Shown here: one piece after another, positions 27,221 to 37,294 of the stretch
Layout: each line of letters opens with the position of its first letter
Numbering within the stretch: the first letter of the stretch is position 1
Assembly: GCA_038243585.1 (NCBI GenBank)
Contig: JBBSQY010000024.1
Location: 1 to 47,009, forward strand
Length of the DNA: 47,009 nt
Reading direction: 5' to 3'
Source: Candidatus Sumerlaeales bacterium
GTDB taxonomy: Bacteria > Sumerlaeota > Sumerlaeia > Sumerlaeales > Sumerlaeaceae
Notes under the pieces: model-generated
Seen by the model: the letters and a program-made list of their open reading frames with translations, nothing else
Told to the model about the DNA's origin: nothing
The model's database searches: none
Made by a program: the position numbers and the translations under genes

Positions 27221-27580
27221 TTCTCCAGCGCCGCGGGCTATACCTGCCTCTGTCGTTGCTCGAGTGTCACGCCCGAATTTCGATTGAATCCCGCCACCTA
27301 TCATATCTGCGCCTCTTATACTTTTAAGTTCCGTAATGTTCCGTAATGTCAAGTATAGCGCACTTAGACGAATACGGCCAAACAAATAAGGATTAGTCTA
27401 AATCCCGTTATTTGTAAATGTAAAGGTAATCTTTCGTTTATTTTTGGAGCTCACTAGCAACTTCATTTAACTGGTCGACATCCCCTGTTTTTGTTTGCCT
27501 GCATGAGTTGCCCGCTCTTGATGTACCCTCAAACAGCCGGCAACGGCTCCACAAATTTTTTACGGGATTTGACCTGAGAC

Positions 27581-28996
27581 ATGAGTGATTCTTCTACTTC
27601 TTTCGATTGTATTATTATTGGCGCCGGGCCGGGAGGCTATGTCGCCGCGATACGAGCTGCGCAGCTGGGCCTTAACACTGCCATTATCGATAAGAGGGAT
27701 CGCCTGGGCGGGACCTGTCTCAACATCGGGTGCATCCCCAGCAAGGCCCTGCTCGATAGCAGCGAGTTGTATCACATGGCCAATCATTCCTTTAAAGCCC
27801 ACGGCATCACAGCAGAAGGCGTTTCTATAAACGTGCCGGCCATGATCGCCCGCAAAGATAAAGTCGTGGACGAACTGACCCGCGGTATTGCCGGTCTTAT
27901 GAAGAAGAACAACGTAACCGTGCTCCGCGGCAAAGGCGAACTTCTCGGCGACGGCAAAGTGAAGGTGACAGCCGACGACGGCGCGGAACAGACCATTTCC
28001 GCGACGAAAAACATTCTCATCGCCACCGGGTCGGTTTCGACGGAACTGCCGTTTGCCAAGGTCGACGGCAAAAACATTATCAGTTCCACGGAAGCCCTTG
28101 AGTTGCAGAACGTGCCGAAGCACCTCGTTGTAATCGGCGGCGGCTACATTGGGCTTGAGCTGGGTTCCGTTTGGCTGCGGCTGGGGGCCCAGGTAACCGT
28201 CATCGAAATGCTGCCGGAGCTGGTGCCGTTTATGGATCGTGAATGCGCCGCAGCCCTGCACAAATCCCTCCAGCGCCAGGGTATGACGTTTATGATGGGC
28301 ACGAAAGTGAACAGCGTCGATAATTCCAGCGACACGCCTTCCGTAACCGTGACCACGGCGGACGGTAAAGAAGAGCGCATCGAGTGCGACAAAATTCTTG
28401 TCTCCATCGGCCGCCGCCCGTCCACTCACGGCGTCGGGCTAGAGACCGCGGGCGTTGAACTGGACGAGCGCGGGCGCATCAAAGTTGACGAGCATTATAA
28501 CACCACCGCCGCCGGGATCAGCGCCATTGGCGATGTAATACCCGGCCCCATGCTGGCCCACAAGGCGGAAGAGGAAGGCATCGCCTGGGCGGAAATCATC
28601 GCCGGCAATGAAGGCCATGTAAACTACGACGTTATTCCTTCTGTTGTCTACACATGGCCAGAAGCCTCAAGCGTGGGCCTGACCGAAGAACAGGCCAGGG
28701 AAAAACACGGCGAGGACGTAAAGGTGGGCAAGTTCCCGTTCATGGCCAACGGCCGCGCCAAAGCCATGGGCGAACGCGATGGATTTGTAAAAGTGATCGC
28801 CGGCCCTTACGATCGCGTTCTGGGCGCTCACATCTTCGGCCCCCGGGCATCCGATCTGATTGCTGAACTGGCCACCATTATGGAATTTGGCGGCACGGCG
28901 GAAGACATCTACAGAACCTGTCACTCGCACCCGACGCTGGGAGAGGCCGTTAAAGAAGCAGCAATGGCGGTTCATGGTCGTGCCGTTCATTTTTAA
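27581..28996 (+). CDS. lpdA: Dihydrolipoyl dehydrogenase
   Basis: GAGPGGYVAAIRAAQLG, GGTCLNIGCIPSK, GGGYIGLE, LAHKA.EEG, HSHPTLGE. Confidence 0.96.
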   Translation: MSDSSTSFDCIIIGAGPGGYVAAIRAAQLGLNTAIIDKRDRLGGTCLNIGCIPSKALLDSSELYHMANHSFKAHGITAEGVSINVPAMIARKDKVVDELTRGIAGLMKKNNVTVLRGKGELLGDGKVKVTADDGAEQTISATKNILIATGSVSTELPFAKVDGKNIISSTEALELQNVPKHLVVIGGGYIGLELGSVWLRLGAQVTVIEMLPELVPFMDRECAAALHKSLQRQGMTFMMGTKVNSVDNSSDTPSVTVTTADGKEERIECDKILVSIGRRPSTHGVGLETAGVELDERGRIKVDEHYNTTAAGISAIGDVIPGPMLAHKAEEEGIAWAEIIAGNEGHVNYDVIPSVVYTWPEASSVGLTEEQAREKHGEDVKVGKFPFMANGRAKAMGERDGFVKVIAGPYDRVLGAHIFGPRASDLIAELATIMEFGGTAEDIYRTCHSHPTLGEAVKEAAMAVHGRAVHF

Positions 28997-29047
28997 ACTT
29001 CGCAACCTGCAAAACCGCACGGGTTTAATGACACCAATGGTTCTTCC

Positions 29048-30358
29048 ATGACAGCAGTTATAATATTAGCAGTTCTGATCCTGGTTAACGGCCTGTTTTC
29101 CATGGCCGAGACGGCCGTGGTGTCTTCCCGTAAGTCCCGTCTTAAACAACGGGCGCAGACGGGCAATCGCCAGGCGCGCGTTGCATATAAGCTGGCCAAG
29201 AACCCGAATAAGTTTCTGGCCACTGTTCAAATCGGTATCACGGTCATCGGCATTTTGTCTGGTGCGTTGGCTGAAGAACGCCTGGCGCTGCGTCTGAGCA
29301 CATGGCTTGAATCAATTCCAGTAATTGGTCCTTATAGTGATGGTCTCAGCACGGCAGTGCTGGTAGGCCTGCTCACGTATTTTTCCCTGGTTGTGGGTGA
29401 GCTGGTTCCAAAGCGCATTGGACTGATGTACGCAGAAAGCATTGCAAGTGCCATTGCTCTGCCGATGCGCTGGTTGAGCCGGTTTGCTGGTCCAATAGTC
29501 AAACTGCTTGATATGTCCTCCAGTCTTATTTTGCGAGTGTTTGGCCTGCGCCAGCCGAAAGAGGAGCCGGTAACTCCGGAAGAGCTGAAGGTTCTTATTC
29601 AGGAGGGCGCAAGCGCTGGCATTTTCGATCAGACGGAACAGGATATCGTTACAAACGTTTTTCGTCTGGCAGAGCGCCGGGCCAGCGCCATCATGACCCC
29701 ACGCACGGATATCGCCTACCTCGATATCACGGATTCCCAGGAAGCCATTCGCTCTAAGATACTTCAGGAACCCCACGCGTTCTATCCAGTTGTGGAAAAT
29801 CACATGGACCACGTAATGGGGGTTCTCAGCGCAAAAGATATCATGACGCGGGTGCTGGCGGGTGAAGCATTAGAGCTGAACGTGCTGATGAACCGGGCGC
29901 TGATTGTGCCGGAGAGCATCAGCGTGCTCCAGATGCTGGACAGCTTCCGCGAAAACCCGGCACAGATCGCCTTTATCGCCGATGAGTATGGTTCCATTCT
30001 GGGAATTGTCACTCAAAACTCTGTCGTGGAAGCTATCGTCGGCGAGATGCCGAACCTGGAAGACCGCCAGGAGCCGGACCTGGTGATGCGCGATGACGGC
30101 AGTTACCTGGTCAACGGCGCCATGGCCGCCGACGATTTGCAGGAGCAACTGCGACTGCCCACAATGCCGGGTCGCAACCACTATGATACCGTGGGCGGAT
30201 TTGCATTGCTTCAGCTTCAACGGATCCCGGCGATTGCCGATTTCTTCGAATGGAGCGGTGCACGTTTTGAAGTGGTCGATATGGACGGCAAACGGATCGA
30301 CAAACTGCTAGTGACGCTTCCCTATAAAGCGATTGATCCAGAGGATGCGCGGGATTAA
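29048..30358 (+). CDS. HlyC/CorC (CNNM) family membrane protein with CBS pair
   Basis: NGLFSMAE.A.VS, FLATVQIGIT, GELVPK, IMTPR, DEYG..G, FEVVDMDGKRIDK. Confidence 0.93.
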   Translation: MTAVIILAVLILVNGLFSMAETAVVSSRKSRLKQRAQTGNRQARVAYKLAKNPNKFLATVQIGITVIGILSGALAEERLALRLSTWLESIPVIGPYSDGLSTAVLVGLLTYFSLVVGELVPKRIGLMYAESIASAIALPMRWLSRFAGPIVKLLDMSSSLILRVFGLRQPKEEPVTPEELKVLIQEGASAGIFDQTEQDIVTNVFRLAERRASAIMTPRTDIAYLDITDSQEAIRSKILQEPHAFYPVVENHMDHVMGVLSAKDIMTRVLAGEALELNVLMNRALIVPESISVLQMLDSFRENPAQIAFIADEYGSILGIVTQNSVVEAIVGEMPNLEDRQEPDLVMRDDGSYLVNGAMAADDLQEQLRLPTMPGRNHYDTVGGFALLQLQRIPAIADFFEWSGARFEVVDMDGKRIDKLLVTLPYKAIDPEDARD

Positions 30359-30475
30359 CGCAGGATTCGATACGGAAACAACGTCGGGCCGCAGCAATTA
30401 ACGCATTATCAAATTCCCTATTAAAACCGTTTATACTTGCCAACACCACACTGAAAAATAGAGACTTAAATCTGT

Positions 30476-30676
30476 ATGAGACTCAGTATTTCCCACAGCC
30501 GCGAAGAAGAAACCTTGGAAGCGAAAGCGCGTTGGTTTCAATCGCTTTCATTGGAAGAAAGAATGGAATTGCTGTGCGAGTATACCGACCTTGCCCTGGA
30601 AATAAATCCTGATCTGCCAAAGCTGAAACGTGCTCAATCGATTACAGGTCGTATTCAAATCCTTACATTGCCATGA
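30476..30676 (+). CDS. Small protein, probable partner of a downstream nucleotidyltransferase (toxin-antitoxin-like module)
   Basis: 66 aa, ISH.REEET.EAKARWFQSLS.EERM.LLC..TDLAL; overlaps the start of the NTase remnant. Confidence 0.7.
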   Translation: MRLSISHSREEETLEAKARWFQSLSLEERMELLCEYTDLALEINPDLPKLKRAQSITGRIQILTLP

Positions 30677-30793
30677 CGTCCGCTATCTGGAAATGGACTG
30701 GTTTTTTCCAAAGCCGATCTGATTGCATCTAAACGAGCAGCTGGTCGCTACATTGACATTCAGGATGCAGATGCGTTAGACGCCACCTCTTAG
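30630..30793 (+). pseudogene. Internally deleted and frameshifted nucleotidyltransferase (DUF6036/AbiEii-like) remnant
   Basis: GTG frame gives MLNRLQVVFKSLHCHDVRYL; a second frame gives SKADLIASKRAAGRYIDIQDADAL*; the catalytic middle is absent. Confidence 0.65.
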
Positions 30794-30841
30794 CGTAAAA
30801 CTCATGAAGCATCATATAAACCTACAGGATGACAAACCACC

Positions 30842-32518
30842 ATGACCACAAAAGCACTGCTGGATTACTATTACAACGGCAACATCCTGACCATGAACCG
30901 GGCTGTCCCGACCTCCCCTCATATGCTGGTGGGCCAGGGGCGGGTGTTGCACTGCGACCCTTCTCCAGCGCCTCTGTCCCTGGATTTTCGCCAGCCGGAT
31001 TTTTCTGATACCATAAGTAAACTTGCTGGCGAAGTCCGGTTCGTCGACCTGAAAGGCAAAACGGTTATCCCCGGCATCTGCGACTCTCACGCGCATTTTA
31101 TCTGGTGGGGCACCACGCTGGTGCAGGCCGATCTTTCCCACTCAACCTCAGAGCAAAATTGCATTGAGATCGTTCGCGGTCACGCGCTCGAGCCGTCTTC
31201 CGGCGAATGGATTGTCGGCTTTGGCTGGGCTCACAATCTCTGGCCCAGCAGAGAGCTGCCGTCGCTGAAATCATTAGACGAAGCATTTCCTGATACGCCT
31301 GTTATCCTTTCGAGCAAGTGCGGCCATCTTGCCTGGATCAATAGCGCAGCGTTCCGGGCAGCCGGCATCACAGAGGACACGCCAGATCCATTCGGCGGAG
31401 AAATCGAACGCCGCGACGGACGCTTTACAGGTATTTTGAAAGAGACGGCGATCGCGCTGGTGGATGCCAAAATTGGTCCCGTGACGGATGCCCAGCGCCG
31501 CGCCGCTCTTGATCGGGCCCAGGCCAAGGCCCATTCTTACGGCATCACCTCGATGCACACGCCGGAGGATATGAACACTTGGGAATTTCTTCAGAATGCC
31601 CACGCGGAAGGGCTCCTTTCCATGCGGGTCAATTTCTGGATTCCTGTTGCCGCACTGGACGATCTTTGCGCCACGCGAACCCGCCACGGCCTGGGAGATC
31701 ATCACCTGCGAATCAGCGCGGTCAAAGTCTTCATGGATGGCAGCCTGGGCGGTCGTACAGCCCTGATGTATGATCCATACGAGAATGAGCCGGACAACCG
31801 CGGCATCGTGGTCACTGACGAAGAGACGGTCATCCAGAATACGCTGCAGGCGAACCGCGCGGGACTTTCCATGGCCATCCACGCCATCGGAGATCAGGCT
31901 GTTGGATTCGTGCTGACGGCATACGAGCGCGCCGCCGCCGAACTAGGCACGGAGGGCGATACCAGATCAAACCCCGTGCTGCGTAACCGCATTGAGCATC
32001 TGCAGGTGTTTTCTCCCCGCGACCTGGAACGTATTCGCGCCCTCAAACCCGTTGTCAGCATCCAGCCGATTCATCTTTGTGCCGATATGGGCCCGGCGGA
32101 TCGCCACTGGGGTGAGCGGGCGCAATACGCGTACGCTTGCCGCACGGTGGCAGATGCTGGATCATTAATCACATTCGGCTCGGATGTGCCCGTGGAATCT
32201 TGCAACCCTTTCCTGGGGATGTACGCGGCCATTACCCGGAAGGATCTGGAAGGGAAACCGGAGAACGGCTGGTTTCCAGGCGAGTGTCTGTCTCTGCAGG
32301 AAACTCTTGAGGCGTACACGATTAACTGCGCCACGGCATCCGGGGAACAGGATGTGCTTGGAAGTCTGGAAGCAGGAAAGCTGGCGGATTTTGTCATTCT
32401 GCCCGACGACCCTTTTAAGATTTCGCCGGAGCAGTTGAGAGACATGAAACCTCTGGCGACAGTGCTTGACGGAAAATGCGTATATGCGGATGGCGAATGG
32501 GAGAGCGTATTAAATTGA
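30842..32518 (+). CDS. Amidohydrolase_3 (YtcJ-like) metal-dependent hydrolase
   Basis: DLKGKTVIPG..DSHAH, K.FMDGSLGGRTA, IHAIGD, RIEH.Q, GSD.PV, G.LE.GKLADF. Confidence 0.92.
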   Translation: MTTKALLDYYYNGNILTMNRAVPTSPHMLVGQGRVLHCDPSPAPLSLDFRQPDFSDTISKLAGEVRFVDLKGKTVIPGICDSHAHFIWWGTTLVQADLSHSTSEQNCIEIVRGHALEPSSGEWIVGFGWAHNLWPSRELPSLKSLDEAFPDTPVILSSKCGHLAWINSAAFRAAGITEDTPDPFGGEIERRDGRFTGILKETAIALVDAKIGPVTDAQRRAALDRAQAKAHSYGITSMHTPEDMNTWEFLQNAHAEGLLSMRVNFWIPVAALDDLCATRTRHGLGDHHLRISAVKVFMDGSLGGRTALMYDPYENEPDNRGIVVTDEETVIQNTLQANRAGLSMAIHAIGDQAVGFVLTAYERAAAELGTEGDTRSNPVLRNRIEHLQVFSPRDLERIRALKPVVSIQPIHLCADMGPADRHWGERAQYAYACRTVADAGSLITFGSDVPVESCNPFLGMYAAITRKDLEGKPENGWFPGECLSLQETLEAYTINCATASGEQDVLGSLEAGKLADFVILPDDPFKISPEQLRDMKPLATVLDGKCVYADGEWESVLN

Positions 32519-34473
32519 AATCGGTACGGGGTTGGGCAGCAATTACGGGTGTCATATTTGGCGGTTTTCTATGCTCCGCCCGGCCTGCCACGGCTTTGTC
32601 TGCCGCCGTGCCCATGACCGTACCGGTCGATATACCGGTGGGTACGGCAGATGAGAATCTGCAGACCAGCCGCGCCCTTGTGGCGATTATGCAACACAGC
32701 ATTCAAGCCTATGCATCCACGGACCATATGCATGCCGAAGGCACTTACGTCGCCGCCAGCAAGTCAGAAGACGAAGAAACCAGTTACCTGGAAGCCAGGG
32801 TTGTCATGGATTACCATCGGCCTGGCAAAATGGCGATTATCAGCAAGTCGAAATCGCCAAGCTTAAATCGCAGTTTCATAGCCGACGGGACAACCGTGAC
32901 CATGGTTGATGCGGAAGGCTTTAAGGAAATGGCTCAGCCCGACAGCCTGTCAGCGTTTACGGACTTCTACCGCGCCGGAGAGATATACGAAGATAAATCC
33001 GGCGCCATCGCAATGACTTTCGCAGGGCCGATGCTTACGGCGGAGAACGCCGCTGGTATCCTGCTTGAGAAGATTGAGCAGTATATCTACGAAGGGGAAG
33101 AGCAGGTTGCGGGCGCCGACTGTCATCGGATGCGTTTTATCCAGAATGACCCCGACATGGTCGTGATTTTGTGGTTCGACAAAACCACGTGGCTTATCCG
33201 CAAGGCTTCATTCATTAGCAGCTACGACGAAAATTTTACCATGGTCGAAAGTTTTGAGGACGGAGTAAATTCCAGTCTGCTCGTTATGACCTGGGACGAA
33301 ATTTCCACGGATACGGCAAAAATTCCTGATGGCGCTTTTGCCTTGGCCGCCGTCGTGAGCAAGAAAAAAACCGAGGCCCCCGAGAAAACCCGCAAAATCA
33401 GACGTCGGGCACCGGGATTATGGGAATCGCTGGTATCCTCTGCCGCCGAAGCCAGCCCGGAAGCCACGACCTGGTCCCTGACCGGGGATTCCGACGACGT
33501 AAATCTGCGGATCACAAGGTTTGCGCAGCTTCCAGAAAGTATTCTCGATTTTGTACCCGCCCCCACGCCGGACGGAGGACAGCCGCGGCTTGCGGTTGCC
33601 ACCAAAGGTGGTGTCATCACCCTGCATAAACCGAACGGATCAGTAGATACTACAGTTACGCTGCCCGGAACGATAGCGGATTTTGAACTGTTGGATGTGG
33701 CAACGTCCGAACCACTAATTCTGGCCACAAACGAAAGCGGGAAGAACTTGTCAGCGTATAACCTGAAGGGTGAATTGGCCTGGACTTACAGCTACCCAAC
33801 CCAGGGCATAAGGCATATGGCCGTCACCACCGGGACTGTACCAGCCATCTACCTTACCCTTTCCGGTTTGGCAGGGCTGCGAAAGCTGGATGAAAACGGC
33901 AACGTGCTATTCGCCAACGTCAGCTCCTATTTTACCGGCAGCCCACACCCCGCGCCTGCCCCTGTCGACCGGCTTCTTTACAATAGTTCGTATGAAATCG
34001 CCGTCATGGATAAGAACCTGGCCCTGATCGGCGCTTTCGACACGGATGAGCGGGTACGATCCCTTCAGTGGGACCCTGAAAACGCCGATGCCCCCGTTTT
34101 GACAATTGCAGAATCCACTGATGATGATATCCTGCTTCAACGGCGTGACGAGAATGGCAATATCGTCTGGACAACGATGATCGCTCCAAAGGCTGAAGCG
34201 GTAAGCGGTTCCGGACTGGAGTTGGTTCGCCTGCGCATCGGCGGGCAGACGCAACGGTGTATTTTTGTTTTGTTGTCCGATGGGCAGGCGGTGATCACCA
34301 ACACCGAAGGCAAAGTGCTCTATCGCGGCCAGGTAAGCGCAAACGCGGCTTTGGTAAAACGCAACGACGATGACGTGTTGCAAAATATCGCGATTGCCGA
34401 TCTGAACCAGGACGGCATCCACGAGATTTACACGAAAATCGACAAACACATACTACAGCTTACAACACCCTAA
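32497..34473 (+). CDS. Exported protein with N-terminal DUF2092/LolA-like domain and C-terminal beta-propeller (FG-GAP-like) region
   Basis: Signal-like N-terminus; RPGK...F.ADG.T, G.E.V.G.DCH..F.Q......LW.D; terminal ADLNQDG..EI. Confidence 0.7.
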   Translation: MGERIKLKSVRGWAAITGVIFGGFLCSARPATALSAAVPMTVPVDIPVGTADENLQTSRALVAIMQHSIQAYASTDHMHAEGTYVAASKSEDEETSYLEARVVMDYHRPGKMAIISKSKSPSLNRSFIADGTTVTMVDAEGFKEMAQPDSLSAFTDFYRAGEIYEDKSGAIAMTFAGPMLTAENAAGILLEKIEQYIYEGEEQVAGADCHRMRFIQNDPDMVVILWFDKTTWLIRKASFISSYDENFTMVESFEDGVNSSLLVMTWDEISTDTAKIPDGAFALAAVVSKKKTEAPEKTRKIRRRAPGLWESLVSSAAEASPEATTWSLTGDSDDVNLRITRFAQLPESILDFVPAPTPDGGQPRLAVATKGGVITLHKPNGSVDTTVTLPGTIADFELLDVATSEPLILATNESGKNLSAYNLKGELAWTYSYPTQGIRHMAVTTGTVPAIYLTLSGLAGLRKLDENGNVLFANVSSYFTGSPHPAPAPVDRLLYNSSYEIAVMDKNLALIGAFDTDERVRSLQWDPENADAPVLTIAESTDDDILLQRRDENGNIVWTTMIAPKAEAVSGSGLELVRLRIGGQTQRCIFVLLSDGQAVITNTEGKVLYRGQVSANAALVKRNDDDVLQNIAIADLNQDGIHEIYTKIDKHILQLTTP

Positions 34474-34509
34474 GGGCCGGTTGGCTTTTGCGCCTCGCCT
34501 CGCGGATTT

Positions 34510-35838
34510 CTAATAAATCCCGAGGCCGGGACCCGTCAGACCAGTCGCCAGCACGCTGCCGCCCACCAGCTTCATCGCGTCGGGGTGCAGCCGGGCCGCA
34601 TCCTCGTTTGCCGCCGGACAAAACTGCCGGGCATTGGCTTCAAGCCCGTCCACTCCCACCCGCGCCGCCAGGGAGGCTGATTCCAGAAAAGAAACCCCGG
34701 GACACGTCAGATCCTGTACACACAGGAACAGGTCATGCGCTTTCGCGATCGCGGCCATTTGAATGCTGAATCCGAACCCCTTGCAGGTTTTCAGACAGAT
34801 GCCGTTGTATCCGTTTTCTAACGCCCGACCCAGCGCTTCCGTATCCACAAGTCCTTCGTCAATTACTACCGGCTTCAGCTTCGCCGCCTCGCCCACCTGT
34901 TCGTTTGGCGAACCGGAAAAGGCCCGCGACGTTGGTTGCTCCACAAAGGCTACCCGATTAAAGGCGCGGGGCTGATCCGCCTTCAAGCGTTTTAAAAGAT
35001 CTGCCAGCACATGCCCGCTCGGGCATTGTTCGTTGAGGTCGAGAGAGAATACCAAGCCGTTCTCTGCCCGACCCTCCCGGCCAGCCTGCTCACATACGGC
35101 AGCATCCACCGCGGCGACCCGCTGATAATCCCACTCCGGGTCTTTCCCCTGGAGTTTAATTTTAAAATGCGTAAGCCCGTCCCGCTGCATCCAGCCCTGG
35201 AGATCATCTGGAAGATCGTCTCCGGCGGATTTGGTTACTTCACCGGGCGTCAGCGGATCGAGTCCGCCCACCACATGATAGATTGCCAGCTTGTCGGACG
35301 GTTTTTCCGACAAAACCTGGTCTAGCGGCGCTAACCTGAAACCTTTTATATCACGCCCTACTCCCTCAGCGGATTCGCGTCGGAGAAGATCATAAGTGTT
35401 GGCTCCCTTGGCACGCCCCCAGGCGTCAAACAGGGCTATATCCCACGGGCTAAGCGTTACCAGCGTACACAGGTCAGGCATATGCACAGGCATCTCTACG
35501 TGGGAGGCCTGCAACTGTTTGGCCTGCGCCATGGCCGTCTCGCGCAGCAGGGCGCTCATGGCCCAAATGTCATCGGGCCCTTCAAGCCCGTCGATGGCGA
35601 CACGAAGTTGCTCCGTAAGTTGCTCCATTAATGAGAGTGAAACTTCGTAGGGAATCCCCGGATAGGACCACGCATTTCCGAGGGGCATGCTGCCTTCGCC
35701 GATCCCTTCGCCGTCCGGCGTAGTCAGGCGCAGACGAACCACCGGAACCAGAAGCGAATCTATAACCGCAGAGCCAAACTTAAACGGCGTGCGAAACGGC
35801 GCCGATAGTACCGAGAGGTTGTCGACTTTGATTTTCAT
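34510..35838 (-). CDS. Mandelate racemase/muconate lactonizing (enolase superfamily) enzyme
   Basis: RTPFKFG, DIAL.DA.G, HFKIKL (KxK), LD.NEQ, VEQP, IDE, LKTCKG, VQDL. Confidence 0.85.
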   Translation of the reverse strand: MKIKVDNLSVLSAPFRTPFKFGSAVIDSLLVPVVRLRLTTPDGEGIGEGSMPLGNAWSYPGIPYEVSLSLMEQLTEQLRVAIDGLEGPDDIWAMSALLRETAMAQAKQLQASHVEMPVHMPDLCTLVTLSPWDIALFDAWGRAKGANTYDLLRRESAEGVGRDIKGFRLAPLDQVLSEKPSDKLAIYHVVGGLDPLTPGEVTKSAGDDLPDDLQGWMQRDGLTHFKIKLQGKDPEWDYQRVAAVDAAVCEQAGREGRAENGLVFSLDLNEQCPSGHVLADLLKRLKADQPRAFNRVAFVEQPTSRAFSGSPNEQVGEAAKLKPVVIDEGLVDTEALGRALENGYNGICLKTCKGFGFSIQMAAIAKAHDLFLCVQDLTCPGVSFLESASLAARVGVDGLEANARQFCPAANEDAARLHPDAMKLVGGSVLATGLTGPGLGIY

Positions 35839-35955
35839 GGAGATCTTTCTTTCGGAGCTTCGTTAAATTTAGACCATTGCCGCTGGAATCAGCGGCTCGA
35901 TCAGAAAATGTTTAAACGTTCAACGTACTGGTGGACTGCGTGTTAAATCCTTCGG

Positions 35956-36924
35956 TTAATTGTGAAGCATTTCCCGGTGCATCCCCAGCGTATCCATCAG
36001 CCCAGCATCATGATCCTTACCTGGGTTTGGCGTGGTTAAAAGCTTTTCTCCGGCGAAGATGCTGTTGGCTCCGGCCAGGAAACAGAGCGCCTGCGTCTCA
36101 TCGCTCATTTCCATGCGCCCCGCGCTCAGCCGCACCCGCGATAGTGGCATCAGTATCCGCGCTGTGGCGATGCAGCGAACCATTTCAATTCCGTCCACAG
36201 GCTCGCGGTCGCCCAGCGGCGTCCCTTCCACCGGCACCAGCGCGTTGATCGGCACGCTTTCCGGATGCGGATTCAGATTGGCCAGTTCGCACAACAGACC
36301 GATCCGATCTTCCCGCGTTTCGCCCATGCCCAGGATCCCGCCACAGCAGACTTCTATTCCTGCGTCACGAACGTTCTGTATAGTGCGCAGGCGATCCTCA
36401 TAGGTACGCGTCGTAATAATTTCTTTGTAGTATTCCGGGCTGGTGTCGAGGTTGTGATTATAGGCCTTCAGCCCCGCCTCTTTCAGACGCTCCGCCTGCC
36501 CGGCTGACAACATCCCGAGCGTAACACAGCTCTCCATCCCCAGCCGGTTTACCCGGCGCACCATTTCAAGCACCCGTTCAAATTCTTCGCCGTCCCTCGG
36601 GCTGCGCCACGCCGCGCCCATGCAGAAGCGCGTGCTGCCCGCAGCGCGGGCCGCCTCCGCCTCCGCCGTTACTTCTTCAAGGTCGATCAGGCGCTCCGCC
36701 GGCACGCCGGTATTATATCGGGCGCTCTGGGGGCAATACTTGCAATCCTCCGGACACCCGCCGGATTTGATATTACTCAGGGTGCAATGCTGCACAGCCA
36801 GCGGGTCATTATGCTGCCGATGCACCGTCATCGCCTGAAAGATCAGTTCCGGCAGCGGAAGCTCATAAATCTCACGCACGCTATCGCGCGTTGATATCGG
36901 GAAGTTAACGGTCTCAGTACTCAC
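35956..36924 (-). CDS. bioB: Biotin synthase
   Basis: [11 protein letters not shown] radical-SAM motif, [46 protein letters not shown]. Confidence 0.97.
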   Translation of the reverse strand: MSTETVNFPISTRDSVREIYELPLPELIFQAMTVHRQHNDPLAVQHCTLSNIKSGGCPEDCKYCPQSARYNTGVPAERLIDLEEVTAEAEAARAAGSTRFCMGAAWRSPRDGEEFERVLEMVRRVNRLGMESCVTLGMLSAGQAERLKEAGLKAYNHNLDTSPEYYKEIITTRTYEDRLRTIQNVRDAGIEVCCGGILGMGETREDRIGLLCELANLNPHPESVPINALVPVEGTPLGDREPVDGIEMVRCIATARILMPLSRVRLSAGRMEMSDETQALCFLAGANSIFAGEKLLTTPNPGKDHDAGLMDTLGMHREMLHN

Positions 36925-37294
36925 AAACAGAAATTGTCACCGAGTGAAGGGGATGTGCAAGAGAGAAGTAGACCCGGCTTTTGGTGGCTATAGAATGTTT
37001 TCGCTTAGGATGTCGTCAACGTAACGTCTCACGTACCCTGGCGAATTGCGGAACCGAGTTCCACTCTCACCATTATTCCTCCCCGATAGGGTGCCTTTGA
37101 TAGCGTTAGCGCGGAGGGATAATGCCCAAAAAATCAACATTTTTTTGGTAAAGGTTCCTGACCTGTAAAAGCCGATAAAATATCGCATCGGAATATGAAG
37201 ATTGTCTTGCAAAACCATAAACTATTTTGTTTAGTCATTCGTCCCACTTTAGCTGGGAATTACTCACCTTCTCATCAAAGAAAGCACAGAAACC

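Noticed and set aside
27560..28429. Long antisense ORFs (this one, 672..1352, 1496..2278, 31274..31882 and others)
   Set aside because: They lie opposite well-supported genes and are expected from codon bias in GC-rich DNA.
32490..32518. Amidohydrolase ending DGEWESVLN as a fourth VxxWxxY motif
   Set aside because: It lacks the Val and terminal Tyr, and the protein has no signal peptide.
36930..36965. BirA operator upstream of bioB
   Set aside because: No convincing TGTAAAC/TGTCAAC-N-GTTtACA palindrome.
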